Source: a virus
Lineage: Duplodnaviria; Caudoviricetes
Direction: 5' to 3' (one strand)
IMG/VR virus record: IMGVR_UViG_3300032271_000676
Span: 1-55,469 of that record
DNA length: 55,469 nt
Shown here: positions 1 through 10,341 of the stretch, piece after piece
Layout of the letters: each line of letters starts with the position of its first letter
Position numbering within the stretch: position 1 is the first letter of the stretch
Position numbers and translations under genes: made by a program
The notes under the pieces: model-generated
The model's input: the letters and a program-made list of their open reading frames with translations, nothing else
Told to the model about the DNA's origin: nothing
Database searches by the model: none

Positions 1-172
1 ACTCAGTCGCACCCATGCCTCCGCCCGGCGTAATATCCATCATGCCCTGCTTATTGCCAGTTAATAACTGATTCTGCGCAATCTGTGCTTTTTTTGTTGC
101 AAGCATATCCACGGTTCTCAACTGGGCCATAGTCATAGGTACGAGCTGTGAGCGCTGGGTATCTTGGTACGA
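1..172. repeat. Terminal direct repeat / circular overlap, left copy
   Basis: 1-172 matches 55299-55469 apart from five substituted bases and a 1-nt T-run indel. Confidence 0.95.
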
Positions 173-565
173 GGCCATATTTTCAAGGCCCCTCGATAAA
201 CCCTCGGAAAACGTTCCTGTTCTGCCGGGGTTGAGCAATCCTGCAGCTAAATGAAATTGCGCACCAACATCGCCTTTGCTGCCTTTAAAACCAAATGGAT
301 CTTCTAATGCATCATTAATTTTTCCAGTGCGCTCTTGCAACTGCCCCAAAAGAGCTTGCTGCTGTTTGATTGCTTCTTGATCGTAATCGATCATGCTGAC
401 GCGCTGATCACCCATCTCGCTCGGCGTATGGTATCCCATAGCCAAACTTTTTTTGTCGTTTGGACTTACTGTATATTTTTCAGGATCAAACGCATCACCA
501 GATGGCAAATTAGTTTCTGGACCGGGTTCAGTTAAAGGATCATATTTTGTTGTAGGAAGCGCCAT
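1..565 (-). CDS. N-terminal part of a junction-spanning putative ejection/internal virion protein (about 510 aa when joined to 54331-55298)
   Basis: Manual translation from ATG 565 (MALPTTKYDPLTEPGPETNLPSG...) is open to base 1 and ends ...GMMDITPGGGMGATE, the start of ORF 54331..55341; GAGG RBS upstream; not in the ORF track. Confidence 0.85.
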   Translation of the reverse strand, partial: MALPTTKYDPLTEPGPETNLPSGDAFDPEKYTVSPNDKKSLAMGYHTPSEMGDQRVSMIDYDQEAIKQQQALLGQLQERTGKINDALEDPFGFKGSKGDVGAQFHLAAGLLNPGRTGTFSEGLSRGLENMASYQDTQRSQLVPMTMAQLRTVDMLATKKAQIAQNQLLTGNKQGMMDITPGGGMGATE

Positions 566-576
566 GATTAATCCTC

Positions 577-1770
577 TTATGTGGGAATATCTTCAATACC
601 ATATTGATAAGCATTACCCGGATCAATATTAAATTCTTGGCCAATTTGCGATCTTGAAACCAAATTAGGGTCTTTATTCCCATAACCAAAAAGATTAGTT
701 AAACCATTTCCAAGATAATCAAGGCCATTTTTTACAGCACCGCCAATTAAACTACTGCCGCCAGTGCTACTCGTGCCGCTGCCGCTTGTAGTTGGCAAAT
801 TAATTCCATATTTTTTAAGTGCGTCACTAATCGAAGTTTGTGGCAAAACTGCATTTGCTAACGTACCCAATCCAGCAACTTGCTGTAAAGGCGACGCACT
901 ATATGCACCGGGTATTGGCGCGTTTTTGGTCATACTGGTAGACGTTGGCAGTTGCGCACCTTGCAAAAGTTGCGATTCTAATCCAAGCGTCTGGAACGGA
1001 TAGAGTTGTCTTTGTTGCAACATCTGTTGCTCTTGCGTTCCTAATGCATTCTGTGCGTTTATGCCAGCTAATCCTGTTTGCTGTTCTGCCTGACCCAATT
1101 GGCCTAATTGCGCACCTCCCAGCAACTGTTGCGTTGTTCCTTGTCCCGCTAATTGTCCTGCAGTTTGCCCTACGCTTAATCCTAGCTGTTCTTGACCTTG
1201 CGCAGCTGCTAATGCGTTTTGGTATCCACCTTGCAAAGCTTGAGCTTGTAAAGCAGTAGTGTTCATTTGTTCTTGATTAATTGCTTGACCTAAAGCTTCA
1301 GCACCACGCTTTGAACCAAATTGCCCCGTTCCTACCGCACCTGCCGTTGCTTGAGGCGCAATATTTTGCAAAATATTTTGCTCGCCTAATTGCCCAATTG
1401 CTTTAACTTGATTTTGAATATATGGATTTGTTAAAGCTTGTGCATTCGCAGCTAATTGCGTTGGACTTAAAGTTGCTTGGTTTAAGTATGGCTGGGCTTG
1501 TGATAATGGACTTGCTTGATTTAGTGCATTCTGCGTTGTTGCCATAGCACCAGAAAGCCCCGGCTGCGCAGCATTTGCAGCCTTAGTAACGTTTGCATAG
1601 GAAGCCTGCTGTAAACCTGTTGGGCCTACAAATTGAGAATTTTTCTGCGCCGCCTGACCGGCAGTGGCAAGATTTTCTAAATATGTTTGATACCACTGCG
1701 GGGTTGTCGTAGCCTGCGTTTGCGTTGTTTGAATATTCGGTAATGGATCACCTTGAAATAAACCGGCCAT
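577..1770 (-). CDS. Putative DNA ejection/pilot protein (Q/A/G-rich)
   Basis: 397 aa, Q/A-rich helical composition, GQFGSKRG motif, lies in the ejection-protein position downstream of the nozzle. Confidence 0.6.
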   Translation of the reverse strand: MAGLFQGDPLPNIQTTQTQATTTPQWYQTYLENLATAGQAAQKNSQFVGPTGLQQASYANVTKAANAAQPGLSGAMATTQNALNQASPLSQAQPYLNQATLSPTQLAANAQALTNPYIQNQVKAIGQLGEQNILQNIAPQATAGAVGTGQFGSKRGAEALGQAINQEQMNTTALQAQALQGGYQNALAAAQGQEQLGLSVGQTAGQLAGQGTTQQLLGGAQLGQLGQAEQQTGLAGINAQNALGTQEQQMLQQRQLYPFQTLGLESQLLQGAQLPTSTSMTKNAPIPGAYSASPLQQVAGLGTLANAVLPQTSISDALKKYGINLPTTSGSGTSSTGGSSLIGGAVKNGLDYLGNGLTNLFGYGNKDPNLVSRSQIGQEFNIDPGNAYQYGIEDIPT

Positions 1771-1771
1771 G

Positions 1772-2800
1772 TTAAATCCCCTTTAGATACGACGTGAGCT
1801 TTTTAGCTTTCGGTGGTATTTTGTCTTCTGGCGCTGAACGTTTGTGCGCCCGTATTGCTTCTCTAAATTGATCAAGCTTTTCTGCGCCAGCTTTATTACT
1901 ACCATTGCCAAGAGCAGCAACGGTGTCTGCATCAAATACATATTCTCCATCGGCCAACATAGCCGGGATATCATCGCTCTGACCATCACCTTTTCCTGTT
2001 ACATAGTGTCCTGTTTTAAATACTTGTTCTGTTGGATCAGCCGTTGGATGCCCGCTAATATGCCCTCCGTGCGCCGCATACTTTGGGTTAGCCAGCATTG
2101 CCATTTGTAAAGCCGTTAAACCATTACCGCCGATTTGCACTTGATTTTCAGGCACAATTCCCTGTCCTAATGCACTTAACGGTTGCTGAGGTTGATAATT
2201 GCTATTTGCCAACTTTATAGGCGTTAGCATTTCTGAACTTGCCGGAGTCCCCTCTGGAATACTTGCAATTTGATCTTGTAATGGCGCATCTGGAGTTGTC
2301 GTTATATTTTCTGAATTTGGACTTCCTGAATATGATGCATATGTTGGAGCATTAGGCGTACTAGATAATGTATCTGATGTACTTGTGCTTGTACCTGAAG
2401 CTGGCATTGCCTGTTTTGCAGCACTTACAATAGTATTGGGTACATTAGGGCCTAATGTCATTGTAGAATTTTGATTTGCCATAGACGCTAGTGGACCAGC
2501 CAATTGCTGCGGAACTCCAGCTGCCACTAAACCTGCAGTTAATCCACCTGTAACCAACGCATTTGTTGGATTTTTATTATTTGCAAGCGCATTTCCTCCA
2601 CCTACAAGTGCTCCAGCTATCGGGGCTGGAACCCCAACTGAAGTTAAGGCTAATGTTTCTAGTGGAGCGGCGGCCGGGCCTAAAAATTTAGTGGTATCTT
2701 TAATTGCACTTTTTGCGGACCCAACAACGCCTTGTGCTACATCGCTGACCGCATTTGCGGCACCCTTAGCAAAATTTGTTACTGCATCAAATAATCCCAT
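1772..2800 (-). CDS. Putative ejection protein with a tape-measure-like C-terminal domain
   Basis: Gly/Ala hydrophobic N-terminus; C-terminal GKGDGQSDDIPAMLADGEYV resembles the GPGTGTSDSIPAMLSNGEFV-type motif of tape-measure proteins. Confidence 0.6.
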   Translation of the reverse strand: MGLFDAVTNFAKGAANAVSDVAQGVVGSAKSAIKDTTKFLGPAAAPLETLALTSVGVPAPIAGALVGGGNALANNKNPTNALVTGGLTAGLVAAGVPQQLAGPLASMANQNSTMTLGPNVPNTIVSAAKQAMPASGTSTSTSDTLSSTPNAPTYASYSGSPNSENITTTPDAPLQDQIASIPEGTPASSEMLTPIKLANSNYQPQQPLSALGQGIVPENQVQIGGNGLTALQMAMLANPKYAAHGGHISGHPTADPTEQVFKTGHYVTGKGDGQSDDIPAMLADGEYVFDADTVAALGNGSNKAGAEKLDQFREAIRAHKRSAPEDKIPPKAKKLTSYLKGI

Positions 2801-2803
2801 AAT

Positions 2804-3169
2804 TTATCCTAACGTAGCCATCCAGTTAAATCTCGGTTTGTCCGACGCACGAATAGGCCAGCCTACAATTTGCATCAAACGAATGATTTGATCATTATCC
2901 GCTTTACCATATGCAACTTTTATTCCAACTTTTGGCAAGGCATGCAGGTAATATTCCAATGTTTTACGTAATGCCAATGGGCTTTCTTTGGTCAGCAAAT
3001 GCAAGTATGCAACACCGGGCTCCATAGGCGTGTAGATCAATATTGAATGCCCATGCTCTAACACCTGTGCATTATGATCGCGAAATAACGTTGCTATTGC
3101 TTCTTTAGCAAGTTCTTTATCTATACCGTTTTTTTCGGCTTCATGCTCAAGAATTTCTATCATGTTCAT
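2804..3169 (-). CDS. Hypothetical virion-module protein, possibly GNAT-like
   Basis: 121 aa between nozzle and ejection genes, where podoviruses often carry a GNAT-fold gene; fold is inferred only. Confidence 0.45.
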   Translation of the reverse strand: MNMIEILEHEAEKNGIDKELAKEAIATLFRDHNAQVLEHGHSILIYTPMEPGVAYLHLLTKESPLALRKTLEYYLHALPKVGIKVAYGKADNDQIIRLMQIVGWPIRASDKPRFNWMATLG

Positions 3170-3414
3170 AGAAGGTTAGTTCCCGGATAAACGTTCATAA
3201 TTCCAACTAGGTGTTGCGCCCAAACACGCCAATCACTATAAGTTCGTGGGTCTGGCACATCATTTTCTGCAAAATAACCAATACCATTCATCCCTGACGC
3301 CCATTCTTTCCAACGTTCTTCCGGTACAGTTCCTAATTGGTTTCCAGAGAATAATTCGTCCATCAGACGAACCCACTGGTCCCATGTCATTCCCCGTGGA
3401 TCATACGTAACCAT
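3166..3414 (-). CDS. Hypothetical Trp-rich protein
   Basis: 82 aa, translationally coupled to both neighbours. Confidence 0.7.
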   Translation of the reverse strand: MVTYDPRGMTWDQWVRLMDELFSGNQLGTVPEERWKEWASGMNGIGYFAENDVPDPRTYSDWRVWAQHLVGIMNVYPGTNLL

Positions 3415-5942
3415 TACGGATTACCTGTACCACGCTCATCACCAAATTCGGCAATGAGAATTACACGGCCCATTTCGTAATCGCCGTTGTAGTCATTAGA
3501 TTCAAATATTAATCGTAATTCGCGACGCTGTTCGCGTAGATCTATTTTAAGCGTGTTCTGCTCAAAGGTATATGGGCCAGTTACAACATCTGTGTCATCT
3601 GCATAGCCTTTACCAGATACATATAAACTCATCATGCCAACTTGATTGAAGTCAGGCTCTACACGTATTAATCGCATCCAGCGATTACCACCTACCGGTT
3701 CATTAGCGCCGGGGCCGCCAGTCAACCATCCAATGTTGTTAGTTTCAATGTATGAATTTATTGCATTAACTCGTTGCAAGAAAGTTTGATTTTTATCCAG
3801 CAATTCATGCTGCCAAAAAACTTGCGATGTTGTTTGAATGGTTTCGCTGGCTACAGTTAATGATGTTGTTCCGCTTAAAATATAAGTTCCAGTCTGGCCA
3901 GTGCCAGTTCCTAAAGCGCTGATGTAAACGCCTGCAGGTATGTTGCCCAATTTATCTGTGACAGCTTGCCCAATTGCGAGCGTTCCATACTTTAACGCCG
4001 TAACGGTCATAGTAATCACACTTCCAGCGGTGGCAATCGATGCCGTTATCTGCGCAACCGCTATAGCATTCCAATCCGCCCATATTGGATAGTGAAATGT
4101 TTCTGTGTAAGTTCCTGCCGAGCGAAACGAGTTTTCACTAAAACCTGCGTCGTACCAAATGTTTTCACGCACATTATAAATAATTGCGTTTGTGCATTCT
4201 CCACCACCACCATTTACAGGATAAAACCACCAGATCTCACCCCATCTCGGAACTTTAGATGCCCAAACTTTATTGCGGTTTGCAAAATCAATATTGTCAA
4301 AAAAATAATTTAAATTTACGCTGTTAGGGACTTCTTGAACAACACCGTTGTACATTAAAAATCGATCAACCCCTACCCAGTAAAGCAGGCCGTCATATTC
4401 TATGACGCACTGGCTAGATAAAATAGAAGATTGTGAACTAATGATGTCATACCGCCAATAATAAGGTGCTGTTGCGGTAAACGTTACACGGATTACTGAA
4501 TCCTGCGACCAAAATAATCCTGCCGGAGAAGTTGTACCGCCACGCAGTGGTACACCTTTTACTATTTTTGTTGTTGATACATTATTTGCGTTCGCATCGG
4601 CGCCAACCCAATTAGAAAAATCACCAGCTGAACTATTTTGTATTAATCCGTTATTTCCATAAACAAACAAATACGGGAATAGCATGACACAACCACCCGA
4701 TACGGATATGTTGTTATCAAACACGTAATTAGTTCCGGGGACATGCGTTGTACCATTAAAGTTGCCAGCTGTGGTTGGCACCCCTAACCCACCCGGTGTA
4801 ATACTTAGTGTTAAGGTAGATGTTCCGTTTGTCTGCGTTACATAATAAGTTTGCGGTCCCGGAGCCACATAGTTACTAATAGATCCACTACCAGTTACAG
4901 TACCTGCAATCGTAATCGTATCACCCGGCTTTATTGGGCCTCCTGTTGCCGTAAATGAACATTGTCCTAACGTGCCTGTAATGGCAAATGCAGAAAGCGT
5001 CGCTGTACCTGCTGTTGTAACATTTGATAACTGAACAGATGAAACTGGCGCACCACTTACTGATATTACTGTTGTTCCAGCAGGGACTCCTGTGCCGGTT
5101 ACTGTCTGACCAGCTGCAATCCGTGAATTACCGGGAGCGATCGTTAACGTTGCAGACCCTGATGTGTTATATGCACTCGTTGTTACAGTCCCAGCTGCGT
5201 TTAGATATGGTTGCGCATAAAACGATAAACCTGTTATCGTTCCTGTGGTTGTTGTTACTGATGATCCGCCTAACGTAGCACTTAATTGGAAATTAGCAAT
5301 ACCATCCGTTGCAATGATGTAATAGGTTTGAGATGGGGCTGAATATCCAGTAATTGTTCCAGTCCCAGTTAAAGTTCCTGAAATTGTTACCGGTTGACCA
5401 ACTTGATAAAACCCAGTTGCACTTGCCGGATTAGCATTAAACCAACCGGATAATGCTGTAATGCTTACTCCAGATAATGGTTGCGGAACACCGGGAAAGG
5501 GACCACTTAAAACGCGAGAATTAACTTGGTTATCAATATCTGTAAGATTTAATCCGGGATGCGCAATTAAATTTAGCTGCCCACCCCCAGTTGAATCATA
5601 TGCAATATCAAATTGCCATAAATTACGTGAATCAATATTAAATTGACTTAACTGATAATATGTTGGACCTGTACCAACGCCTGATGTATTGCTGGTTTGC
5701 CATTGTCCCAACGCCTGACTCAATCCTGCCAATATGTAATTCAGGCCATTTTGCGAGGTCATAATCATGCCTCGCGCTATACCAGCTACATTAAGAAAGA
5801 TTGATCGGCAACCACCTATCTTTCTAGGCAAACCGCGTTGGAAACGCACCCACTGCCCATCAATATAACGAGGGGATGCAAACTGTGTACCGTCACGCTG
5901 TATGCCGGGTTGTACAACTAACGATAGGGCTTTATCAGCCAT
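3414..5942 (-). CDS. Tail nozzle / head-closure protein (P22 gp10 / tubular protein B-like) with inserted beta-rich modules
   Basis: 842 aa; N-terminal PGIQRDGT...WVRFQRGLPRKIGG, central FLMYNGVVQEVP...EIWWFYP...AIIYNVRENIW; position in the tail block. Confidence 0.65.
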   Translation of the reverse strand: MADKALSLVVQPGIQRDGTQFASPRYIDGQWVRFQRGLPRKIGGCRSIFLNVAGIARGMIMTSQNGLNYILAGLSQALGQWQTSNTSGVGTGPTYYQLSQFNIDSRNLWQFDIAYDSTGGGQLNLIAHPGLNLTDIDNQVNSRVLSGPFPGVPQPLSGVSITALSGWFNANPASATGFYQVGQPVTISGTLTGTGTITGYSAPSQTYYIIATDGIANFQLSATLGGSSVTTTTGTITGLSFYAQPYLNAAGTVTTSAYNTSGSATLTIAPGNSRIAAGQTVTGTGVPAGTTVISVSGAPVSSVQLSNVTTAGTATLSAFAITGTLGQCSFTATGGPIKPGDTITIAGTVTGSGSISNYVAPGPQTYYVTQTNGTSTLTLSITPGGLGVPTTAGNFNGTTHVPGTNYVFDNNISVSGGCVMLFPYLFVYGNNGLIQNSSAGDFSNWVGADANANNVSTTKIVKGVPLRGGTTSPAGLFWSQDSVIRVTFTATAPYYWRYDIISSQSSILSSQCVIEYDGLLYWVGVDRFLMYNGVVQEVPNSVNLNYFFDNIDFANRNKVWASKVPRWGEIWWFYPVNGGGGECTNAIIYNVRENIWYDAGFSENSFRSAGTYTETFHYPIWADWNAIAVAQITASIATAGSVITMTVTALKYGTLAIGQAVTDKLGNIPAGVYISALGTGTGQTGTYILSGTTSLTVASETIQTTSQVFWQHELLDKNQTFLQRVNAINSYIETNNIGWLTGGPGANEPVGGNRWMRLIRVEPDFNQVGMMSLYVSGKGYADDTDVVTGPYTFEQNTLKIDLREQRRELRLIFESNDYNGDYEMGRVILIAEFGDERGTGNP

Positions 5943-7405
5943 CAGAATGTACCTGCACCAAGACCGGTTGGGACGGTTAGCCCGGCACCAGTACTACTAA
6001 ATGTAGCAACGTTAGTTCCGTTTGCAGATACCCCAACCTTTCCAGTGGCAGGCAAATATAAACCTGTCGTTAAGTTGGTGCTAAAGTTAAGTGCTGGGGC
6101 GGATGCAGATCCCGCAGCCAAGGTGAGCGCTGTGAGGTTTGATGATCCTGCCGTAGAAGCGTTATATACATTTGTTCCATCGCATACAACAAGTAACGTA
6201 TTGTTTTGCGGAATCTGCACTGTCGTGCCGCTACCAGCCGTTTGAAACGTCATGGTATACGCACCAGTTGTAAGGTTTTGAATCGCGTAAATTTGAACCG
6301 TAGACGGCAAAACGATAATCTGGTTTGAGGTCAGCGTTCCTGTATAAACTTGAATTACGCTTTGTCCTTGTAGTGACGTTAACGCATACGTTCCGCCCGT
6401 GACGGGTATAGTTAAAACAGTAAACAGAAAAGTTGGATTACCTCCATCTCCCCACTGATTAAATCCAGTTCCATTACATACAATTACAAATGAATCTGAT
6501 GGTTGCATCTGCAAATAGCTGCTTCCACTAATCGTGTCACTGCCCTGCGTCTGTACCGTTACGATACCTGTTCCGTTGTTTCGGATGATCACCCACCAGT
6601 TTGCACCTACTGTGCTTGAGCTGGGCAAAGTTATTGTTCCTACTCCACCATTCCATACTACAAACGACGCTAAGTCTGTTGGTCCAAGTAAACGGTTAGA
6701 GCCTGTGCTTGAGTATGTTTGGATTACATTAAGCGTGCTGCCTTGCGCAGCTAACCCATAACCATTAAGTGCGGATGCGTTTACTGATGATGCTCCCGCG
6801 CCAAACACTACAGTAGCCCATACTCCCGCTGCATTTACATTAGAAGTAACCCAAATGTATTCCGCCACACCTGAAGTGATTGTTGCAATACTAGTTGCTG
6901 TACTGTTATCTAGTACGAAAAACGAATAAGACCCAACATTTCGGATAATAATTGCCTGACCATTCGATACCTGATTTGCTGGCGGTAAAATGATGTTTAC
7001 GCCATTTTGTGTAATTGTTTCTGGACTACCTGACGATGCAACGGTTTGCGAAATACCGACCGTATATGTACCGACTCCACCCGTACCCGTTCCTAGCGCG
7101 GTTATATAAGTTCCTGCTGCTATATTTGTACCGGATATTTGTATCCCAGCCGCAATATAACCGCTTGATACGGCAGTAACAGTCAGCGTTGTTCCAGAAA
7201 TATAACCAGTAAAAGATGATGGGCCTGCGGATGTTGAAACATCAATAATGTTAGCTGCTACATTGGCGTTTACATCGTTACCATTGATAGGCCATTGCAG
7301 GACGGTATCTTGTGAGAGATTTAGATATTCATAGCCGACTTGCGTTGGATATAACGTGTTACCCGTAAACGGGTTTGTGTATGCAGTGCTTGCAATGATT
7401 GCCAT
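5942..7405 (-). CDS. Tail fibre/spike-like structural protein
   Basis: 487 aa, T/S/G-rich beta repeats (ITLP...IIRNNG...), C-terminal [10 protein letters not shown]...TGLY motif typical of fibre proteins. Confidence 0.6.
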   Translation of the reverse strand: MAIIASTAYTNPFTGNTLYPTQVGYEYLNLSQDTVLQWPINGNDVNANVAANIIDVSTSAGPSSFTGYISGTTLTVTAVSSGYIAAGIQISGTNIAAGTYITALGTGTGGVGTYTVGISQTVASSGSPETITQNGVNIILPPANQVSNGQAIIIRNVGSYSFFVLDNSTATSIATITSGVAEYIWVTSNVNAAGVWATVVFGAGASSVNASALNGYGLAAQGSTLNVIQTYSSTGSNRLLGPTDLASFVVWNGGVGTITLPSSSTVGANWWVIIRNNGTGIVTVQTQGSDTISGSSYLQMQPSDSFVIVCNGTGFNQWGDGGNPTFLFTVLTIPVTGGTYALTSLQGQSVIQVYTGTLTSNQIIVLPSTVQIYAIQNLTTGAYTMTFQTAGSGTTVQIPQNNTLLVVCDGTNVYNASTAGSSNLTALTLAAGSASAPALNFSTNLTTGLYLPATGKVGVSANGTNVATFSSTGAGLTVPTGLGAGTF

Positions 7406-7415
7406 GACCTAGTCC

Positions 7416-8108
7416 TTATGAGTCGATTGCGATTGCTTGACGATCCGCAACGCGGGTTTGATCTTCGGTCTTTAATGCTTGTATCGCTTCAGTATATTTT
7501 TGCTGAAAAATTACGCGCTGATCGTCTTTTAAGAACATTACCGCTTGAAGTAAGGTTCCATACAACAACGCATTAGGAGCGTTAATCGTAAGCCAATTTG
7601 TTTGCGATACCGATGATAAAGGATCAATACGCTCGTAATAGAGCACTTCCATCGGATATGCAACCGTCGGAGGGATTGGAGCAATAAACCAATAATCCCA
7701 ACTGTAATCAGCAAAAAATTGCGGGGTTCCAGTTAGAGTAGAATTTTGATTTAAGTACTGTTGAATATATTCGTACTTACGTAACAATACCGGAGTAGTT
7801 GATGATACGGTGCCACCTGATGAAGTTGGGAAGTAAGGGTTAGTTACATTCATCGATACGGTTTTACGCCAGCGCGCCGGTTTTGCAACGATGTTTGGCG
7901 TACCGCCACCTATAGTTTGTGGACCCAATGAAAACTGTGCGACCTGCAATTGACCAAGAGTTTTTATCTCTTGTGCAATTTCAAATTCAGCCAACATTAT
8001 AAAAGTCGGAATTTGATTTACAACAGCCGCGTCACTACGCTCAAGGTATTGCTCGACTGTTGTAGTCAGCGTGTCATACGTAAGCGCAAATGCAGGTGTA
8101 GTTGACAT
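7416..8108 (-). CDS. Head-tail adaptor / tail tubular protein A-like
   Basis: 230 aa; TYDTL...YLER...IPTFIMLAE and QTNWL...APNALLYGTL motifs typical of podovirus adaptors. Confidence 0.65.
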   Translation of the reverse strand: MSTTPAFALTYDTLTTTVEQYLERSDAAVVNQIPTFIMLAEFEIAQEIKTLGQLQVAQFSLGPQTIGGGTPNIVAKPARWRKTVSMNVTNPYFPTSSGGTVSSTTPVLLRKYEYIQQYLNQNSTLTGTPQFFADYSWDYWFIAPIPPTVAYPMEVLYYERIDPLSSVSQTNWLTINAPNALLYGTLLQAVMFLKDDQRVIFQQKYTEAIQALKTEDQTRVADRQAIAIDS

Positions 8109-8143
8109 GATGATCCCGCCCTTTTAGATGCAGTATTTTCGCA

Positions 8144-8743
8144 TTAACCCATAAGTACCGCAAACGCTTCTTCGGTCTGTTTTATGCGCTCCTGCAACCC
8201 AAATGTGCCACCATTGATGACTTTAGTTAACGCCGTCCAATTCCGTTCTTCAGCCAAAATATTGCATCGATGCGTTGCCCAAAACCATCCTGCAGTCAAT
8301 GCCGCATATTTTGGCGTTGCTACTAGATCTGGGCTTGCCCAAAAATCTACTGCCAACGCCTTCCCTGCAAAATGGTAATTATCTGATCCTGTAATTTGCA
8401 AACACCCACGACCGCGAAAACGATAGCCATCACCAGAAGCCTCGTCGCGATTCCCCATACGACTAGCATAAACCTTGTTGGCAATTTTTTGAGGCTTTCC
8501 AGCATATTCATTTGCAATGTCCTGTGTCGGAAAACGTTTTGGCCAAAGTTTTATTAATGTTGCTGCGCGGTAATTTAAATTTTCCTCAAGTGTTTTAAAG
8601 TTGCCGCACTCATGCCCACATTGACCAATAAAAGCCGCACGCTGAAAGGGATTGATGATATTGAATCGTGAAAATGTCTCGTTTATTGCATCTGTCCATT
8701 CCACACCAATTTTAAGTTTAGCCAACTGTTCACTAGTTACCAT
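8144..8743 (-). CDS. Endolysin, glycoside hydrolase family 19 (chitinase-like)
   Basis: AAFIGQCGHECG, LEENLNY, DGYRFRGRGCLQITGSDNY and TKVINGG..GLQER GH19 motifs. Confidence 0.92.
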   Translation of the reverse strand: MVTSEQLAKLKIGVEWTDAINETFSRFNIINPFQRAAFIGQCGHECGNFKTLEENLNYRAATLIKLWPKRFPTQDIANEYAGKPQKIANKVYASRMGNRDEASGDGYRFRGRGCLQITGSDNYHFAGKALAVDFWASPDLVATPKYAALTAGWFWATHRCNILAEERNWTALTKVINGGTFGLQERIKQTEEAFAVLMG

Positions 8744-9209
8744 TAATCGACTCCCTTACTTGATTATAGGCATCGATGCAGGCGTTGAGTTGGACGGCGT
8801 TACTGTCTCCTTGGGCTGCGATGGCGATAATATCTTTAATAGCCTGTCGCTCAGATTTGGATCCTGTTTCTTGGCTATCTCCGCTGGCAGAGGCGGTACT
8901 TGCGGAGGCTTGTAAGCAACTGCTGGCGGGCTCGGCCATAGGTAAGCGCAACTTGCCAGCGTCAACGAGAGCATTAAGATCAGACTGTTTCTTAGATAAC
9001 GCATTTTGCACCTTCTGCAGTTTGGCGGATTGGTCAACAAGAGCCTGCGCCATTTCTTGCTCCTTTGCGCGCGACTCTTCATTTTTCTTTGCAATTTCGG
9101 CCTGCATTTCTACATCGCGTTCTGCATAACCATAATGATGGCCAGTAACATAAGTGCCAGCCAACATAATGATTAAAGACAGCATTACATATGGATTAAA
9201 TATGCTCAT
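8733..9209 (-). CDS. Rz: Inner-membrane spanin (Rz-like)
   Basis: Likely start ATG 9209 (MSIFNPYVMLSLIIML), one N-terminal TM, coiled coil, C-terminal QLNACIDAY; next to the endolysin. Confidence 0.8.
   Translation of the reverse strand: MSIFNPYVMLSLIIMLAGTYVTGHHYGYAERDVEMQAEIAKKNEESRAKEQEMAQALVDQSAKLQKVQNALSKKQSDLNALVDAGKLRLPMAEPASSCLQASASTASASGDSQETGSKSERQAIKDIIAIAAQGDSNAVQLNACIDAYNQVRESINGN
8756..9004 (-). CDS. Rz1: Outer-membrane spanin lipoprotein (Rz1-like), embedded out of frame in Rz
   Basis: From ATG 9004: MRYLRNSLILMLSLTLAS-C signal peptide and lipobox, followed by a Pro-rich segment. Confidence 0.75.
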   Translation of the reverse strand: MRYLRNSLILMLSLTLASCAYLWPSPPAVAYKPPQVPPLPAEIAKKQDPNLSDRLLKILSPSQPKETVTPSNSTPASMPIIK

Positions 9210-9700
9210 AATTCTGCCTTCGCTGCTTCGCGTTCGTTTGCTATTTCTTCGCGCTCTGGGTGCAAATGATCTTCCGGTATTGTTGGAGGCGGTCCGGGGC
9301 GCCATGACTCATCAAATTCTGGATTTATAAATACTGGCATCGCACCAAAAGCAGCACCGGGTATTGCGCTTGTAACCGCTGTAGCAGGCGCAGATGACGT
9401 TGCTCCTGATGGGGGCGTACTCAATGTGTTGATGGCATTTGATGCGGCCTTAATGCCTTTGTTGCCCATGATGCCGCCTATACCACCAACAATCAGCAAC
9501 ACAATGTCGTTGAGCATTTTAACAAATGCCTGATCGATCGGAGCCATTGCCTTTATAGGCTGTACTACAAAAATGATGGAGTACAGCATTGCAATAGTAA
9601 TGCCCGCAAAGATAACGATTACGGATAGGACGACAATCGCCCAGATCCGTATTTCAATTTCTTCGGTTGTCAGGTTGGGGCGCTGGTTTTGATTGCTCAA
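9206..9700 (-). CDS. Two-TM membrane protein, holin-like
   Basis: Two hydrophobic segments (IWAIVVLSVIVIFAG..., IVLLIVGGIGGIMG); in the lysis cassette. Confidence 0.55.
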   Translation of the reverse strand: MSNQNQRPNLTTEEIEIRIWAIVVLSVIVIFAGITIAMLYSIIFVVQPIKAMAPIDQAFVKMLNDIVLLIVGGIGGIMGNKGIKAASNAINTLSTPPSGATSSAPATAVTSAIPGAAFGAMPVFINPEFDESWRPGPPPTIPEDHLHPEREEIANEREAAKAEL

Positions 9701-9872
9701 CTTGCTTCTCCAGTATGGGTGCTACCAAATATTCTGGGCATACCTGCGAAAACTGACATAGCGGTTTTGAGCAATCCTCATCTGCAAAATGTTTTGGATT
9801 CTGGCATTTATAACGATACTGCTCACCACATGCGGTAAGCATAAAAGCCGTAGTCACAATTAACCATTTCAC
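9654..9872 (-). CDS. Small Cys-rich lipoprotein
   Basis: MKWLIVTTAFMLTA-C lipobox, then four more Cys. Confidence 0.75.
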   Translation of the reverse strand: MKWLIVTTAFMLTACGEQYRYKCQNPKHFADEDCSKPLCQFSQVCPEYLVAPILEKQVEQSKPAPQPDNRRN

Positions 9873-10189
9873 TTTATTTTATCCTTCAAATGCTGCTCAA
9901 TTACGCTAATTTCTCTTTTGTTTTCAAGAATCATATGTCTGTTTTCTTGTATTTCACGTTCTAAATCTTGACGTAGTTTTTCACGCGCCAATTCAGCTGC
10001 GCTGTTGGATGCTTGCTTATTATCACTTGTTACTACTAAACTGACTTTACTGTTTAAAACAGTTACTTCTTGACTTAATGTTGACAAAGTAGTCATTAAA
10101 TAAACTACACATGCAAACAACATGGGCAAAACGGCAAAGGCTACCTTTTCAACCAATACTGATTTTGCATGCGCCTCTTCTGCACTCAT
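9869..10189 (-). CDS. Single-TM coiled-coil protein (holin/antiholin-like)
   Basis: VAFAVLPMLFACVVYLM TM followed by a coiled coil. Confidence 0.6.
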   Translation of the reverse strand: MSAEEAHAKSVLVEKVAFAVLPMLFACVVYLMTTLSTLSQEVTVLNSKVSLVVTSDNKQASNSAAELAREKLRQDLEREIQENRHMILENKREISVIEQHLKDKIK

Positions 10190-10341
10190 TTATCATTTCT
10201 CCGATTGAACAACTCGAATAGTGTTTTAACTTTTTCTTCTAGAACGCTAATACGTGATCGCACTTCACCAAACGTCAATACGATCATTACAAAACCCACT
10301 ACCAGTGGCCAGAGCTTGCCTATGAGCTCTATTGGCTCCAT
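10186..10341 (-). CDS. Small single-TM protein, 51 aa (not in ORF track)
   Basis: MEPIELIGKLWPLVVGFVMIVLTFGEVRSRISVLEEKVKTLFELFNRRNDK; fills the gap exactly with TAATG and ATGA couplings. Confidence 0.75.
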   Translation of the reverse strand: MEPIELIGKLWPLVVGFVMIVLTFGEVRSRISVLEEKVKTLFELFNRRNDK

